Shown piece by piece: positions 61,971-64,000 of a stretch of 64,000 nucleotides of DNA. The stretch is taken from positions 13,268,001-13,332,000 of the forward strand of contig CATNEN010000038.1 of the NCBI GenBank assembly GCA_950097015.1, given 5' to 3'. Within the stretch, counting starts at the first letter, position 1. Every line of letters begins with the position of its first letter. The translations under genes were made by a program, and so were the position numbers. The notes below the pieces were generated by a model, which saw only the letters and a program-made list of their open reading frames with translations, ran no database searches and was not told where the DNA came from. Source of the DNA: Macrostomum hystrix. Taxonomy: Eukaryota; Animalia; Platyhelminthes.

Positions 61971-62739
61971 ACTCTGACTCACCCCTGCCCTTCCGTTCTC
62001 TCTCCCAGACCCGCCATAAATCTCTTGGCGTTCAGTGATTTCTCAAACTTTCAATAAAGAGAGGAGGCGCAGTGTCTTTAATCATTCGTCCAACTTTCTT
62101 AATTATCAATCCCCGCTATATCAAAGTCTAAATTTCTATCATCTGCTAAAGTACGGCCCATTTCAATAAGCCATATATTTTAACAACGCAAAGGAAATGG
62201 ACCCTCTGCACTGCATGTGGAGAGAACTTAGATAAGACAATCTCAGCTGGGCCATGTACTCGTACATTAAACAAAAGGCAGGGGCTGGCCCGCTATACCC
62301 CCTTTAAGTCACAGACACTCAGGCTAAGAGAACCCCCTCCCCCTCGATTTTTATCGATCGGGCGGCACAGCCTTGAGGCTTTATGTATATTCAAGCCTCA
62401 ATAGACAGAAATCTCGTCCCCACAAAGCACAAACAAACACTGACAAAATGCATGGAAGGCTGTAGCTTGTGTATTTTATTTCTAATTCAAACTTCAACTA
62501 ATGAAATTTTGGTTTCAATTTTCATGTGATGCAAAATAAGTTGATCGCAAAAAACAGGATGATCTTTTATTAATTACTGCTTACTTCCCATTCATACTTC
62601 ATAAGATAATTAAACTTTCCAAGACTAAAGCACCATATTCATTTCAATGCTGGGCACACAATTTATATGCGAAACTTACATGCGATTACTTAACCATTTT
62701 AGCACAATTTTCACTCAAGGTTGCATTATTTGTGTGGAT

Positions 62740-63540
62740 GAAAAAGATCACGTTTTATAAATGAAAATCAATACTGTACATCTGAAATGTGATGCACAGC
62801 TTCAAGTGACATGTCATTGTCTTGGAAACATCTAGACGCATCTATTGATACCATTTTCAATGACATTGGGCAGAGAACAACATTTTCTTAGAGTAAACTC
62901 GAAAATGCTGCTTCTCTTAAAAGTACTGCATCGTGTACTGACGCTCAATCAATGTTCACAGGCAGGCATGGGTGCTGTTATTTTGAAGAGGGCCCTAAAT
63001 GCTATCCAAACTTGATTCAAGAAATTGCACTACATGAGTAATCTTATGAGAAATTGGCATAGGCCCCGGGTGTCAAAATTGCTGCAATGTGCCTTCCATT
63101 TCGAAAAATCGAATTTTCCAACACTAATGCAGCTGCTCATCGGATGCAGCATAGCATTGGGTAAATTTCGTCTCTGTACATCAAAAAAATTCGCAGGACC
63201 GTTTTTACAAAATTTACCTTTAAAGGTTCGAAAAATGGCATGATTTATTCTATCTCTACGAAAACAACACGTTTTCAAACTGCAAATAAAGATTTAGCAT
63301 CTTGAATGTGACGCTGACTTTAAGTTGACATGTCATTCTCCTTCAAACATCCACATGCGTCTATTGACACCATTTTCAGTGCGACAAAGTGCACTATCGT
63401 AGAAGCAGAAATGGCAAACTTTTTCTCTCATACGTACACCTGTACAGGTACATATTTTAGTACAGATGGCCAACTACTGAATGTGTGTACACGAGTCTAG
63501 TATCAAATGAAAGAGGGTCCTAAATGCAATTCAGCAACGC
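62740..63540. repeat. Old diverged direct repeat, ~520-bp period
   Basis: CACGTTTT...GACATGTCATT...CTATTGA.ACCATTTTCA occurs at ~62750 and ~63270. AAGAGGG.CCTAAATGC occurs at ~62986 and ~63511. Confidence 0.7.
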
Positions 63541-64000
63541 TAAGCGCAACACCAGCGGATGCAGCAATCAAAAGTTATGACTGATCCGTTTTGCATGTTT
63601 TAGCCTCCCGGGTGGTCAAAATTTGGGATTTTCGCATCCACCCTCGGGGCAAGTGGATGCTTAGAAAATTCAAAATATACATTTTGTGCGCACTTCTGTT
63701 GCGCTTCTAAAAACTGAAGCCGCATTCAAATCGCACACCAAATACGTTCTGGCCATGCAGTTTTGTACCTCGAAAAATGACTAAAAATGACCAAAATCAC
63801 GTTTTTGGGATTTAATTACCCACATCTTCGGTAAACAACATCCAATCAGTCTGAAACCAACATTTTCGGATAGGCGACACCCAAGAAAGTTGGTTGACAT
63901 CTGTTGAAATACAATTCAAGTCACATGTTTGTGTCACAGAGGCGTCCAAAGTGCACACTGTACTAAAAGTACTTTAAAAGTGCACATTTTTTCAATCACA

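Overview
Eukaryotic (animal) genomic DNA with spliceosomal introns. The style would fit a flatworm such as Macrostomum, but that is only an impression. (1) 1-~12.1 kb is a homogeneous ~595-bp satellite built from two related ~280/~313-bp monomers. It decays into diverged, partly inverted monomers up to ~14.1 kb. (2) A DDX3/PL10 DEAD-box helicase gene has a 51-nt first exon (14447-14497) missed by the ORF track. An 18.3-kb first intron separates it from exon 2. That intron holds a 233-bp triple repeat, four non-autonomous Helitrons (one inverted, three head-to-tail, each carrying a nested hAT-type MITE) and a young 4.15-kb LTR element. The LTR element has no pol but carries an intact orphan 321-aa ORF. 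(3) 39.8-49.3 kb is a compact gene cluster: an orphan ORF, SmB, an unknown 250-aa ORF, mitochondrial ProRS and a selenoprotein-N-like gene whose SCUG site is replaced by CDPNC. (4) 50-64 kb is transposon-rich: a Crypton-like tyrosine recombinase relic, a full-length RNase-H-bearing LINE with a 13-bp TSD and 98-bp 5' monomers, a THAP/P-like transposase relic, a Ds-like hAT deletion derivative and old diverged repeats. All family assignments come from recalled motifs, not database searches.
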